Assembly (NCBI GenBank): GCA_963806185.1
Contig: CAWDXE010000001.1
Location: 704,001 to 768,000 of the forward strand
Source of the DNA: an uncultured candidate division Zixibacteria bacterium
GTDB lineage: Bacteria; Zixibacteria; MSB-5A5; GN15; FEB-12
Length of the DNA: 64,000 nt
Reading direction: 5' to 3'
In this document: positions 39,401 through 49,272 of the stretch, one piece after another
How the letters are laid out: every line of letters starts with the position of its first letter
Position numbering within the stretch: position 1 is the stretch's first letter
Position numbers and translations under genes: made by a program
The notes under the pieces: generated by a model
Database searches by the model: none
The model's input: the letters and a program-made list of their open reading frames with translations, nothing else
What the model was told of the DNA's origin: nothing

Positions 39401-40023
39401 AGATCTCCGTCCCCTCCGGTTTCTATCTGAAATGGACCGGTCAATACGAGCTCATGGAGACAATGGCCAAGCGGATGAAGATCGTTATTCCCATTACGCT
39501 GATCATTGTCGTTCTTTTGCTCTACCTGAATTTCCGTAACTTCACCGAGACCCTGATTGTGCTGGCCTCCGTACCGTTTGCACTGGTCGGTTCTATCTGG
39601 CTTATGTACTTTCTCGGCTACAACTTTTCCACCGCTACGCTTGTCGGGATCATCGCATTGGTCGGACTTGCTACCCAGACCGGCATTGTGATGATCCTCT
39701 ATCTCGATCATGCCTACGAGCGGCGACTCAAGGCGGGCAAGATCCGCAATCTCGACGACATCATCTGGGCGCACATGGAAGGCACGGTCATGCGCGTGCG
39801 TCCCAAGCTGATGACTGTCAGCACGATGATGATCGGTCTGATTCCCCTCCTGTGGGCAACCGGCAGCGGCGCCGATGTCATGAAGCGGATCGCCGCCCCG
39901 ATGGTGGGCGGGTTGATCAGCTCGGCGTTCCTGACGCTGGAAATCATTCCCGTCGTGTATACTTACTGGCGGTTGTGGCAGATTCGCCACACCCAAACGG
40001 GAACTACAATGGGCAATGATTGA
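36493..40023 (+). CDS. cusA: Cu(I)/Ag(I) RND efflux permease (CusA-like) with a large insertion
   Basis: 'DAIPDLSDAQVI', 'VEDQVTYP', 'YWARSRVLEY', 'GAMVDAAIV', 'TDPAPLSMLET', 'WTMPIKTRIDMLSTG' and 'RVRPKLMTV'. Confidence 0.95.
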   Translation: MVKAIIDFCARNRMVVFIATAFALAGAWYSINNIALDAIPDLSDAQVILYSEWMGRSPDLVEDQVTYPVVTSLLAAPGVSAVRGFSMFGMSFVYVIFDEGTDIYWARSRVLEYTQQLQGKLPAGVTPTLGPDASSVGWVFQYALIDTSGTHDLADLRTFQDFNLRYALSSVPGVAEVASVGGYQKQYQVEVDPQKLQAYGLSIGDVTRAVRQSNADVGGRVMELTEREYYVRGRGYIQSLDDLRKISLKASATGTPVLLGSIANVSFGPDIRRGVAELDGIGEAVGGTIVMRYGENALDVINRVKAKIEELKSSFPPGIELKIVYDRSSLIHRAINTLKHSLIEEGIVVALVIFLFLLHFQSSLVPIITLPIAVSLSFIPMYFLGINSNIMSLGGLAIAVGAMVDAAIVLVENAHKRIEKAPLSANRKEVIIAAAKEVGPSIFYALLIITIAFLPIFALTGQGGRMFKPLAYTKTFAMFFGALTAITIAPALMVTFLKGKVHSEAKHPVSRGIIKLYKPFVFVALRNPKTTIMIGLMAILSALPMIPKIGSEFMPALNEGDILYMPTTFPNISVEAAKQYMQFQDRVIRQFPEVVSVFGKAGRSETATDPAPLSMLETVVQLKSTEQWRKVTQDRWYSGWMPDAVQPPFRAIWPDTRSITWSELVAQFDSAMQMPGWTNAWTMPIKTRIDMLSTGIRTPIGVKIFGNDLGEIERIGLELEKSLSKIPATRSVYSDRNTGGYYVDIIPDRDAIARYGLTIRDVQDVIETAIGGTPIEMTIEGRDRFSVNVRYPRDLRDNIEKLKRILVPLPAANAPSSGGSSGMGSGMGIAPNNARFGSPVLASTDPSIEYEVWQKMVLAQMNNGMGNDASSIPGGAPFPGGVNGMNNQPMRQAMPSQQMKSGSSAATYANPQGSRAIPLGQIAEIKFAGGPPMIRDENGMLVGYVYVDMDQNKRDIGSYVDEAKRVVNAEISVPSGFYLKWTGQYELMETMAKRMKIVIPITLIIVVLLLYLNFRNFTETLIVLASVPFALVGSIWLMYFLGYNFSTATLVGIIALVGLATQTGIVMILYLDHAYERRLKAGKIRNLDDIIWAHMEGTVMRVRPKLMTVSTMMIGLIPLLWATGSGADVMKRIAAPMVGGLISSAFLTLEIIPVVYTYWRLWQIRHTQTGTTMGND

Positions 40024-40151
40024 GTCTGTCAACAGCTACTTCGTTGATCCACATGGAATTGTGGCCCAACCCGTGAACCACTCCCGCCGCACCCATGCCT
40101 TCTGACGGACCGATATCTCGGTCGCAAACCCCTCGATGAGAATAATTTTCC

Positions 40152-40180
40152 TTGACATAGACCTATTTGGTCTTGATATT
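40152..40180 (+). promoter_or_regulatory. Putative sigma70 promoter with a palindrome in the spacer, upstream of the 2165-aa gene
   Basis: TTGACA-N17-GATATT; the spacer contains AGACC-tattt-GGTCT. Confidence 0.45.
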
Positions 40181-40515
40181 TGATTCGACGTAGAGTGCAT
40201 AGCTTACCGCCATGAGGTTGTTGCAGGCACTCGATTAGGTATCCGGCGAGAGAGAGCACATGATTGGTCGAAGGTAGTCACGACGGACGATTCGCAGACT
40301 TCCGGAAACCGCCAATTCCGGTTTGATTGCCGTCCGTTTCGGTTTCTGTGCCCACTCCCCAATTCCGATCTCGCTGGTCGACATACTTTGGAAAACTTAA
40401 GATTATCGCCGTCTGAATGAAGCGGCATGCTGCGCGTTAAGCATGCTGTCGGCAATTTCGGCGGACGTAGACATCATCATGTGAGGACCGGTTCTTCAAC
40501 GTTCCGGGAGGATGT

Positions 40516-43500
40516 ATGTATCGTCGACTGTTCATTGGGATATTTCTGCTTCTTTGTCTTACATCTGTAGCAAATGCGCAATACATAATCATCGGACCGC
40601 CCGATGACCAGACGATTGTTGACACCAGCATTCATCCCAGCCCGGCACCGGCCCGTCTCAAGCCGTTCGATGCCACCGCGTCTCCCGGCACGGTCACCTC
40701 GCTCGACCTGTCGCAGCTCGACTGCTCTCAGTTTCCTTCGATCTGTGCGTATGTCGACGTGCTCGACGGCAGCGGCAATCCGATCAGCGGGCTGAATCCC
40801 GACAGCTTCTGCGTCTTTCAAAACGGTGTGCCCATCCCAAGTTTCACGGTCCAGCAACTGACGGCGGGCAACTGCATTACTTCAGTATGCTTGGTGGTGG
40901 ATATCAGCGGCAGTATGACGACCGATCACCGGCTCGATTCAGCCAAATCGGCCATGCACCGGTTCGTCAACAATATGGACACCTATGATCAGGTGGCCAT
41001 CGTGACGTTTTCCAGCTGCTGGTCTCTGCTCATCAATTTCACGAGCAACAAGACCTCGCTGCACAATGCCATCAATGGGCTGTCGGCCAACGGTAACACG
41101 GCCGCTTTCGACGGCATCTACAAGGGCGTCGACTTTGCCCGCTTCCAGCTCGGGAGCAAGGCCGTTATCGCCTTCACGGACGGAGTCGAAAACCGCAGCC
41201 ACTTGTGTGCTCCCAACCCGCCCGACGGCGTCACCGACAACACGTACTCGGACGACTCCACCGCGATTGTCAATCTCGCCAATTCGGCCGGCGTGCCGAT
41301 CTATACCTTCAACCTGGGGCCGATCGACACCACCTGGTTCAATCCGTACGCCCTTCAGAAATTCGCCAATGCCACCGGCGGCTTCTGGTCACACGCCCCG
41401 ACCGGCGCGGCCATCGATTCTCTCTATTCGAAAATCAAACAGCGCTTGTGCAGTCGCTACTACATCTGCTACCAGAGTACGGACACCATCGCGAATGGCG
41501 ACATCCACTGGACCAAAATCTGCAAAAAGACCGGTCCGAACTGCACCCTCTGTGATTCGGCTTCGTGTCAGGAAACCGCCCCACCGGTCATCGTGCGCAC
41601 CCCGGCCACGATTAACCTGAGCAATTCCTGCCAATCGACTACCAGCCCGGCTTCAATTTGCGCCTACGTCACTGACCTGGATACGCCGAAAGCCAGCCTG
41701 GTGGTGACCCTGTACTATCGCACCGGACCGTCGAGTTATACGTCGATTACAATGACTCCTACCGGCGCGCCAACCGACAGCACCTTCTGCGCGTCCATTC
41801 CCATAAGCGCGCTCAAGTGCCAGACCTTTGTCGATTACTACATAACGGCATCCGACGGACAGGCGACTGTTTCCTCGCCGCAGGTCAACCCACAGGTGTC
41901 GCCGCACAATTTCGCGCTGTGCCCGAACCATCCGCCGACTGCCAATGCCGGGGCTGACCAATTTGTCTTCCAGTGCGCGCCGGCTCAACTCTGCTGGGCG
42001 GCGTCGTGCAGTGATGTCGACGGCAACCTGAAATCGTGCGTTCTCTTCAGCGGGCCCGGCACCTACAACGGATCGCAGATTTGCTTCACCCCGAACACGA
42101 CCATGAACTACGAATTCGTGCTCAAGGCGACTGATAGCTGTGATGCCGTCGGCTACGATACCGTAGTCATTCACTACACACTCAACAGCGCCCCGGTGGC
42201 CAACGCCGGCCGAGACTCGACGCTGTTCCTCTGCACACCCCAAGAGATATGCTGGACGGCCGGCTGTACCGACCCCAACAACAACTTGAGCACGTGTCAG
42301 TTGCTCTCCGGTCCCGGTACGTACAACGGCAGTCAGATCTGCTTCACGCCGCCATCCAGCGGCAGTTACCAGTTCGTGCTCAAGGCTACCGATAGTTGCG
42401 GCCTGACCTCGCAGGATACCTCGATTATCAATGTGACCATAAACTCGGCGCCGGTCTGCATCGTCCCCAATGAAACCACCTTTGCCCAGTGTGCTCCGAC
42501 TCAGGTCTGCCTGCCTTACTCCGCCACCGACGTCAATGGCAATTTCCGCTCGTGCCAGATTGTGTCGGGACCCGGCTCGCTGGTCGGTGGGAACTGGTGC
42601 TACACACCGTCCACAACTCAGAATGTGACTGTTACCATCCATTGCGATGATTCCTGCAATGCCTATTGTGAATCCAGCTTCACCGTGCATTTCCTGGTCA
42701 ACCAGCCACCGACGATTGCCTTCGGCAACGATACCTCGCTGTTCCTCTGCGCTTCGCAGCAGATTTGCCTGAGCTACACCGTGAGCGATGCCGACAACAA
42801 CGTCAATCTCGAACAACTGGTATCAGGCCCCGGGACAATCGATACGGGGGCCAACACGGTCTGCTTCACACCGGTCGCATCAGGCACCTACACGTTTGTA
42901 GTCAGAGCCCAGGACACCTGCCTGACTCAGGACCTTGATACCATCAACGTGACGGTGGCCCTCAATCAGAAACCTATCGCTGGCGCCGGTGCCGACCAGA
43001 ACCTGTTCCTCTGTTCGGCCACCCAGATCTGCTGGCCGGCCTCGGTCTCAGATCCGAACGGCAATCTGCAGAGCTCCGCCTTGACCGGACCCGGCTCGTT
43101 TGACGGCAGCCAGATCTGCTTTACCCCGGCCGCTTCCGGTATCTACACCTTCGTGCTCGCCGCCACTGATTCGTGTGGTGAACAGGCGGCCGACACGGTG
43201 AGCATACAAGTGACCCTGAATGGTGCGCCGACTATCGCTTTCGGCAATGACACGACCATCTCGCTCTGCAGTTCACAGCAATTCTGCTTTGGGTATGCGG
43301 TCTCCGATCCCAACGGACCCGGTAGTATCGTTGAGACTATGGTTTCCGGATTCGGCGCCATCGATACCTCTCTCAATCAGATATGCTTCACACCTGCAGT
43401 GTCGGGCACGTATCAGTTCATCGTCCGAGCCACCGATTCGTGCGGCGCGTACGATAACGATACCATAAGCGTGACCGTCACCATTGGCGCGGTCGCCGAC

Positions 43501-46500
43501 ATTTCGTGCCCGCCCGGCCCGATTGCCGTTTCGCTCTGCGCGCCCGGACAGGTCTGCCAGATGATCGCCATCACCCCCGGCACAGCGAACGTGACAACAT
43601 CGCTCGGTACCTATTCCGCCGGCCAACTCTGCTTTAATGCACCGACATCAGGCACGTACAACGCGACCCTTATCGCTTCTACTCCGTGCGGAGCCGACAC
43701 CTGCCTGGTGACATTCAATGTGACGATTGGCAGCGCTCCACAACTCACGTGCCCCGGAGTAACGAGCAAGTTCCTTTGTACTGCCGGCCAGGTCTGTATC
43801 CCGATCGGCGTGGTGGGCGGGGGAACAGTCTCCGTTTTACCGATTGGTTCCTACAATAGCGGCGACGTCTGTTTCACGGCCGACTCGAGCGGCCACTACG
43901 TGCTTACGGTAATTGCCTCAGGCACTTGTGGCGCCGATACGTGTACGCTTGAAGCCAACGTCCAAATCAACAGCCACCCGGTGGCCACTAACCCACCGGC
44001 CAATATCGATACCTTCCTCTGCGCCGGCGCGCAGATCTGCAGACAGTTTGCCGCGTCGGATCCCAACGGTGGCGCCCTGACCTGGTCGCGACTCTCCGGA
44101 GCCGGTACCGTGACCGCCGGTGGCCTCTGGTGCTTCACGGCAAACACGAGTGGCATCTATTCTGTTGTGGTTGCGGTCGCCGATTCCTGCGGCGCCGCCG
44201 ACACGGTCTCGATGCAATATACGGTCGCCATCAATACCGCCCCGATCGTCCAATTCGGCAACGATACGACGCTCTTCCAGTGCGCTAATGCCCAGTTCTG
44301 CGTCCCGTACACGGTGACTGATCCCAACGGCAACGTCACTCTCGAACAGCTCTTTGTCGGCACGGGCAGTATCGATACCGCCGCCAATACTGTTTGCTTC
44401 ACTCCTGCCGGTGCCGGTACGTACACGTTCGTCGTAAAAGCAACTGACGCGTGCGGTGCGACGGACGTCGACACGATTGTTGTCACCATTACTGCCAACC
44501 ACGCCCCTGTGGCCAATGCGGGCCCGGATCAAGTGCTTAAGCTGTGCACGCCCACTCAGGTCTGTTGGCCGGCGTCATGCACCGATCCGGATGGCAACCT
44601 GGATAGCTGCAAATTGATCGGCGGCCCCGGCACTTACGCCGGCGGTCAGATTTGCTTCACACCCGGCGCCTCTGGAAGCTACACCTTCATTACTCGGGCA
44701 GTCGATCACTGTGGCATCGCTGATCAGGATACGGCGATCATTACGATCACACTCAACGCCCCACCGGTCTGTCATATGCCTCCGGCTGAAACAACCCTGG
44801 TCGTCCAGTGTGCGCCTGCGCAGATCAGTCTGCCGGTCGGCGCCACTGACCCCAATGGCAATTTCTCACACTGTGAATTGGTCACCGGACCCGGCTCACT
44901 GGTGGGAGGAAACTGGGTCTTCACCCCTACTGTCGACCAGTTGGTGAAAGTCAAAGTGCAGTGCAGCGATTCGTGCGGCGCGTTCTGCGTCGATTCGTTC
45001 TTCGTAAAGATCAATCTCAACGCTGCGCCGGTAGCCAACGCCGGTCGCGATACCTCTGTGTTCGTCTGCAGCACCAAGACCATCTGCGTAGCGGCGGGAT
45101 GCACCGACGAAGATCATAATCTGTCTTCTTGTGAGTTGATCTCACCGTTTGGGAGCTACGACAGCAACACCGGCCAGATTTGCCTGACCGTCAATAACGG
45201 TGACGGCTCGGACAAGACGTACCAGCTCATACTCAAAGCCACTGACTCGTGCGGCGCGGTCGACTTCGACACGTCGATAGTCTCGGTGAACATGAACGCC
45301 GCACCGGCGATCAGCGCCCCTTCTGATTTCACAGCCTACCTCGATGCTATCGGACCCGTCTGCTTCGACATCACTGTGAATGACCCCGACGCCAATTTGG
45401 CCAGTGTGACCGTGTCACCGTTCGGCACCTACAACGCCGGGCACGTCTGCTTCGATGCCGACTCAACGGGCGTCTACTGTCTGGTTCTCACCGCCACCGA
45501 TCAATGCGGTCTAACCGACAAGGACACGGTTTGTGTTAATGTGCAGATTGACGAGTGTTTCCACGTCCAGATCGAGAAGGTGCATGATGCGATGCAGGGC
45601 CAGCATTCGCTCGTCGACATTTTCCTCAACTCCTCCGGTAAACCAGTCGGCGGCTTTAGCTTCCTTATCGCGTACGACAACTCTGCCCTCTTCCCGTCGA
45701 CCGTTACGCCCGGCGCACTCCTAACCGGCTGCAGTTGGGAGTACTTCACCTTCCGCTTCGGTGCCAACGGGAATTGCGGCAACGCCTGCCCCAGCGGGCT
45801 GCTGTCTGTCACGGCGCTCGCCGAGACCAATAATGGCGCCTACCACCCAGGATGCTATCTCGATGGCCAGGTTGGTACGTTAGCGACACTCGACTTCCTC
45901 GTCTCCAACGATCGCACGCTGGAATGCCAGTATGCACCGGTGCGCTTCTTCTGGCTGGAATGCGGCGACAACACCTTCTCCTCCAAGTACGGAGATACGC
46001 TCTGGATTTCGCGCAACGTGTACGATCTGGAACTGAACAATATCACCAACACCAGCTACAGCCTCCCCGGCTACTATGGCGCACCGAACGAGTGTCTCGT
46101 ACCCGGCGGCAAAGGCTTGCCGCAGCGCTGTATCGACTTCACCAACGGCGGCATCGACATCGTCTGCGCCGACTCTATCGACGCCCGAGGCGATATCAAT
46201 CTCAACGATCTTCCCTACGAGATCGCCGACGTAGTGATGTTCACGCAGTACTTTATCAAAGGCTTGGCGGCATTCCCGCGTGATTGCCCCGGCTGCATAC
46301 CGCCAACCTATGCGACGCAGGGGGCGATCGCCGCCTCCGACGTTAACGCTGACGGCGTTCCGCTGACTGTCGGCGACCTCGTCTACCTGATCCGCGTCGT
46401 CGTGGGTGATGCCGCTCCGTACGAGAAGCTCAACCCCAATGCCGGTTATGAAGCAACGGTTGCGGTAAGTGGTACGACCGTGCGCGTAAGCGAGTCCAAT

Positions 46501-47013
46501 GTCCGTTTGGCCGGTGCGCAAATCGTCGTGGAAGGTGATGTCACGCCGACACTCGGCAGCGCCGCTCGCGATATGGAATTGCAGTACAGCTTTGACGGCA
46601 CCGTGACTCGCATTCTGGTGTTCAGTTCCAATCACAAGGCTTCTCTGCAAACCGGCGAATTGCTCAACCTGGGCGGCCAGTTCACGGTGAAGAGCGTCGA
46701 TCTGGGAGCCGTTGATGGTTCGGTCGTGGTCGCCAGGCTTTCCAGCTTGCCCAGCGAATACAGCTTGAGCCAGAACTATCCCAACCCGTTTAACCCGGTC
46801 ACCAGGATCAACTTCGCTCTGCCTGAGGCGGGCAAGTGGAAGCTCGACGTGTACAACATCCTTGGCCAGACAGTCAATTCGTTTGAGGGTGAAGATCAGG
46901 CTGGGTACTATCAGGTAACCTGGGATGCCTCCGCTTACGCGTCCGGCGTCTACTTCTATCGCCTGAGCTCGGGCACCTATAGCGCCACTAAGAAGATGGT
47001 ACTTCTCAAGTAA
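40516..47013 (+). CDS. Giant Cys-rich surface protein: VWA + ~14 Ig-like repeats + cohesin-like + dockerin-like + T9SS type A CTD
   Basis: GGAGG RBS; signal peptide; MIDAS 'DISGS' and 'FTDG'; ~85-aa repeats ending 'ATDSCG..DT'; 'VGGFSFLIAYD' (cohesin-like); 'GDINLN...IAD' / 'SDVNADG..LTVGDLVYLI' (dockerin-like); 'QNYPNPFNP...KKMVLLK'. Confidence 0.9.
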   Translation: MYRRLFIGIFLLLCLTSVANAQYIIIGPPDDQTIVDTSIHPSPAPARLKPFDATASPGTVTSLDLSQLDCSQFPSICAYVDVLDGSGNPISGLNPDSFCVFQNGVPIPSFTVQQLTAGNCITSVCLVVDISGSMTTDHRLDSAKSAMHRFVNNMDTYDQVAIVTFSSCWSLLINFTSNKTSLHNAINGLSANGNTAAFDGIYKGVDFARFQLGSKAVIAFTDGVENRSHLCAPNPPDGVTDNTYSDDSTAIVNLANSAGVPIYTFNLGPIDTTWFNPYALQKFANATGGFWSHAPTGAAIDSLYSKIKQRLCSRYYICYQSTDTIANGDIHWTKICKKTGPNCTLCDSASCQETAPPVIVRTPATINLSNSCQSTTSPASICAYVTDLDTPKASLVVTLYYRTGPSSYTSITMTPTGAPTDSTFCASIPISALKCQTFVDYYITASDGQATVSSPQVNPQVSPHNFALCPNHPPTANAGADQFVFQCAPAQLCWAASCSDVDGNLKSCVLFSGPGTYNGSQICFTPNTTMNYEFVLKATDSCDAVGYDTVVIHYTLNSAPVANAGRDSTLFLCTPQEICWTAGCTDPNNNLSTCQLLSGPGTYNGSQICFTPPSSGSYQFVLKATDSCGLTSQDTSIINVTINSAPVCIVPNETTFAQCAPTQVCLPYSATDVNGNFRSCQIVSGPGSLVGGNWCYTPSTTQNVTVTIHCDDSCNAYCESSFTVHFLVNQPPTIAFGNDTSLFLCASQQICLSYTVSDADNNVNLEQLVSGPGTIDTGANTVCFTPVASGTYTFVVRAQDTCLTQDLDTINVTVALNQKPIAGAGADQNLFLCSATQICWPASVSDPNGNLQSSALTGPGSFDGSQICFTPAASGIYTFVLAATDSCGEQAADTVSIQVTLNGAPTIAFGNDTTISLCSSQQFCFGYAVSDPNGPGSIVETMVSGFGAIDTSLNQICFTPAVSGTYQFIVRATDSCGAYDNDTISVTVTIGAVADISCPPGPIAVSLCAPGQVCQMIAITPGTANVTTSLGTYSAGQLCFNAPTSGTYNATLIASTPCGADTCLVTFNVTIGSAPQLTCPGVTSKFLCTAGQVCIPIGVVGGGTVSVLPIGSYNSGDVCFTADSSGHYVLTVIASGTCGADTCTLEANVQINSHPVATNPPANIDTFLCAGAQICRQFAASDPNGGALTWSRLSGAGTVTAGGLWCFTANTSGIYSVVVAVADSCGAADTVSMQYTVAINTAPIVQFGNDTTLFQCANAQFCVPYTVTDPNGNVTLEQLFVGTGSIDTAANTVCFTPAGAGTYTFVVKATDACGATDVDTIVVTITANHAPVANAGPDQVLKLCTPTQVCWPASCTDPDGNLDSCKLIGGPGTYAGGQICFTPGASGSYTFITRAVDHCGIADQDTAIITITLNAPPVCHMPPAETTLVVQCAPAQISLPVGATDPNGNFSHCELVTGPGSLVGGNWVFTPTVDQLVKVKVQCSDSCGAFCVDSFFVKINLNAAPVANAGRDTSVFVCSTKTICVAAGCTDEDHNLSSCELISPFGSYDSNTGQICLTVNNGDGSDKTYQLILKATDSCGAVDFDTSIVSVNMNAAPAISAPSDFTAYLDAIGPVCFDITVNDPDANLASVTVSPFGTYNAGHVCFDADSTGVYCLVLTATDQCGLTDKDTVCVNVQIDECFHVQIEKVHDAMQGQHSLVDIFLNSSGKPVGGFSFLIAYDNSALFPSTVTPGALLTGCSWEYFTFRFGANGNCGNACPSGLLSVTALAETNNGAYHPGCYLDGQVGTLATLDFLVSNDRTLECQYAPVRFFWLECGDNTFSSKYGDTLWISRNVYDLELNNITNTSYSLPGYYGAPNECLVPGGKGLPQRCIDFTNGGIDIVCADSIDARGDINLNDLPYEIADVVMFTQYFIKGLAAFPRDCPGCIPPTYATQGAIAASDVNADGVPLTVGDLVYLIRVVVGDAAPYEKLNPNAGYEATVAVSGTTVRVSESNVRLAGAQIVVEGDVTPTLGSAARDMELQYSFDGTVTRILVFSSNHKASLQTGELLNLGGQFTVKSVDLGAVDGSVVVARLSSLPSEYSLSQNYPNPFNPVTRINFALPEAGKWKLDVYNILGQTVNSFEGEDQAGYYQVTWDASAYASGVYFYRLSSGTYSATKKMVLLK

Positions 47014-47039
47014 TCGCCGCGCACTGCGGATTGATGAAA

Positions 47040-47074
47040 GAAGGACAGGTCACGGTGACCTGTCCTTCGCTTTT
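47040..47074 (+). terminator. Rho-independent terminator
   Basis: GAAGGACAGGTCAC-g-GTGACCTGTCCTTC followed by gcTTTT, directly after the stop at 47013. Confidence 0.8.
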
Positions 47075-47159
47075 GTGACTTTACTGCTTTCCAGCGATTA
47101 TGAAAAGGCCGTAGTTGGTGGTCATGGGCCGACGTGAATCCGCCCGGAGAATTGCCCTT

Positions 47160-48359
47160 ATGTTCTGCCGAACATCCCTGTGCCTCATATTTCTGTTGCT
47201 GTGCCCCTCGTGCCTTCGGTCGGAATCGACATCCCTTGCGGACTTCTGGAACACGCCCCGGCACGGCGCCAATTGCTTCAACAAAAAAGTAACCTCCGCA
47301 TGGTGGGCCGCCGCCCACTCAGCCGGCCTTGATCTGGTTCGGCTCACCTTCTCCAAGTGGCAATCCGCCCATCGCGATTTCCTCATCGGCAATGCCGATC
47401 GATACGAAGGGCTCGTGCAGGCAGATTTGAATATACTGCGGTCGGTGCTCGATACGGCCCAGAGCTATGGCCTTCGCGTTGTCCTTGTCCCGCTGTCCGT
47501 TCCCGGTGCACGCTGGCGCCAGCAGAACGGCGACAGATTTGATCTTCGCCTGTGGCGAGATACTACCTATCGCACGCAGGTCTGCGCCTTCTGGCATGAT
47601 CTTGCGACAGCCCTCAAGGGACATCCGGCCCTGGCTGGGTACAATGTTCTCAATGAACCGATCCCTGAAAAGACGGCCATCCTTCAGCCGGATTCAGCTG
47701 AATTGGCAAAGTGGTATGCCACGACGTTGGGCACAGCAGCCGATCTTAACGAATTCAATCGCCGGGTGGTGCGATCTATTCGTGAGGTAGATGCAACCAT
47801 GCCGGTCATTCTTGATGCTGGCTGGTGGGCCAATCCAAACGGCTTCGCTTATCTGACGCCGCTTTCTGATTCGCTGGTGTACTACTCATTCCATGTGTAC
47901 GAACCTTGGAACTTCACTAATAGGAAAGCCAACAACGGCCGAATCGCCTACGGCCGCGATTCAATCGCATACCAGTGTTCCGATCGGGAACACTGGCTGG
48001 TCGATATGCCATTGCTGCAGTGCATTGTCGAGCCTGTTGCCAGGTGGCAGGCTCGATTCCACATTCCCTCGACCCATATCATCGCAGGAGAATTTGGCTG
48101 CCATCGGATGAGCCCCGGCGCCGACCGATATCTGACGGACTTGATCGACATCTTTGACACCCACGGCTGGCATTGGGCGTTCTATTCCTTCCGCGAAGAC
48201 ACCTGGGATGGCATGGATTACGAAATCGGCTCAAGACCTCTTGGGGAGAATTATTGGGAGGCTGTTGAGAGGGGTGACTCGCCTGAACCGCCCAGAGCGG
48301 ATAACCCGCTCTGGCGGGTTATCGCCGATCATCTGATAAAGACGCCGACACCGCGCTGA
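47160..48359 (+). CDS. Glycoside hydrolase family 5 (cellulase family) protein
   Basis: Acid/base 'YNVLNEP', 'YSFHVYEP', nucleophile 'GEFG' and 'GWHWAFY'; N-terminal signal/lipoprotein-like segment. Confidence 0.88.
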   Translation: MFCRTSLCLIFLLLCPSCLRSESTSLADFWNTPRHGANCFNKKVTSAWWAAAHSAGLDLVRLTFSKWQSAHRDFLIGNADRYEGLVQADLNILRSVLDTAQSYGLRVVLVPLSVPGARWRQQNGDRFDLRLWRDTTYRTQVCAFWHDLATALKGHPALAGYNVLNEPIPEKTAILQPDSAELAKWYATTLGTAADLNEFNRRVVRSIREVDATMPVILDAGWWANPNGFAYLTPLSDSLVYYSFHVYEPWNFTNRKANNGRIAYGRDSIAYQCSDREHWLVDMPLLQCIVEPVARWQARFHIPSTHIIAGEFGCHRMSPGADRYLTDLIDIFDTHGWHWAFYSFREDTWDGMDYEIGSRPLGENYWEAVERGDSPEPPRADNPLWRVIADHLIKTPTPR

Positions 48360-48408
48360 TCGCAGTCTCGATGGCCCCGCTGCTTCTGCTCCGCTGAAAT
48401 CCGCGCCA

Positions 48409-49137
48409 TTACAGTCTGTCAGTCCGACGTCGCTTATACTCGCGCAGCTTTTCCTCACCGAGCGGTGTGGCTCGTTTCACCCTCATGCTGTCCCGCCACT
48501 CTGCCGCAAAATCCCGCTGGTATCGCCAGTTGATGGCGGCAACAATCAACATTCCGAGACACGCTCCCATGGTCGCAAGCGCCATGTCCTTGTGCGCATC
48601 CCAGACATCCCCCTGTGTGCCGAGATAAGCCATACCCAGATCGCCGCCCACGATCAGCGTTACACCCCACTCTATCAACTCATACAACATTGAAAGCGAC
48701 ATGACCAACTCAATAGGCAGATAGTAGCTCCACGCCCCTTTCGACTGAGCTACACGCATGAACAGTTCTCGCATCGGGTACGCGAAGAGCAAACCAAATG
48801 AAAAATGCACGAGCCGATCGAAGTGATTTCGCTGAAAGCCGAACATGTCGGCAAACGAGAAGCCGATTGCCCTCGTCCACTTCTCGTACGGTACCTCGGC
48901 ATAAGTGTAGTGAGCGCCGATCGTGTGAAGGCAGAGAAATACAAAGAGTACCGTATAAGATACTTTGCTCAACCGGAAGCGATTGCGAGTGAACACCAGC
49001 AGTCCGATAAACGCCACGGTGAGCAGGTTTTCAAGAACCCAGTCGGAGAAATGGGACGGTCCGGCTGCCCAGATCATCCACCAGACCGCGAAGACGCACA
49101 ATAGAATTGTGGGATATGACAATCGCTTATGATTCAT
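48409..49137 (-). CDS. DUF2238 / YjdF-like inner membrane protein
   Basis: 'WVLEN', 'HTIGAHYTYAEVP', 'RNHFDRLVHF', 'YELIEW' and 'LGTQGDVWDAHKDM'. Confidence 0.9.
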   Translation of the reverse strand: MNHKRLSYPTILLCVFAVWWMIWAAGPSHFSDWVLENLLTVAFIGLLVFTRNRFRLSKVSYTVLFVFLCLHTIGAHYTYAEVPYEKWTRAIGFSFADMFGFQRNHFDRLVHFSFGLLFAYPMRELFMRVAQSKGAWSYYLPIELVMSLSMLYELIEWGVTLIVGGDLGMAYLGTQGDVWDAHKDMALATMGACLGMLIVAAINWRYQRDFAAEWRDSMRVKRATPLGEEKLREYKRRRTDRL

Positions 49138-49213
49138 GGTGGTCGGAGTATGTCTCCGTTGACGAAATCTTGCAACTAATTTTCCGGGGTCGTTGACTGG
49201 TCCACCGGCAGGC

Positions 49214-49254
49214 AAAAAATACAGGGATGGCAGCATCCTGCAGACCATCCCCGT
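49214..49254 (-). terminator. Rho-independent terminator on the minus strand
   Basis: Minus strand ACGGGGATGG...CCATCCCTGT followed by aTTTTTT. Confidence 0.6.
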
Positions 49255-49272
49255 TGCAAGAAACGTCCAAAA

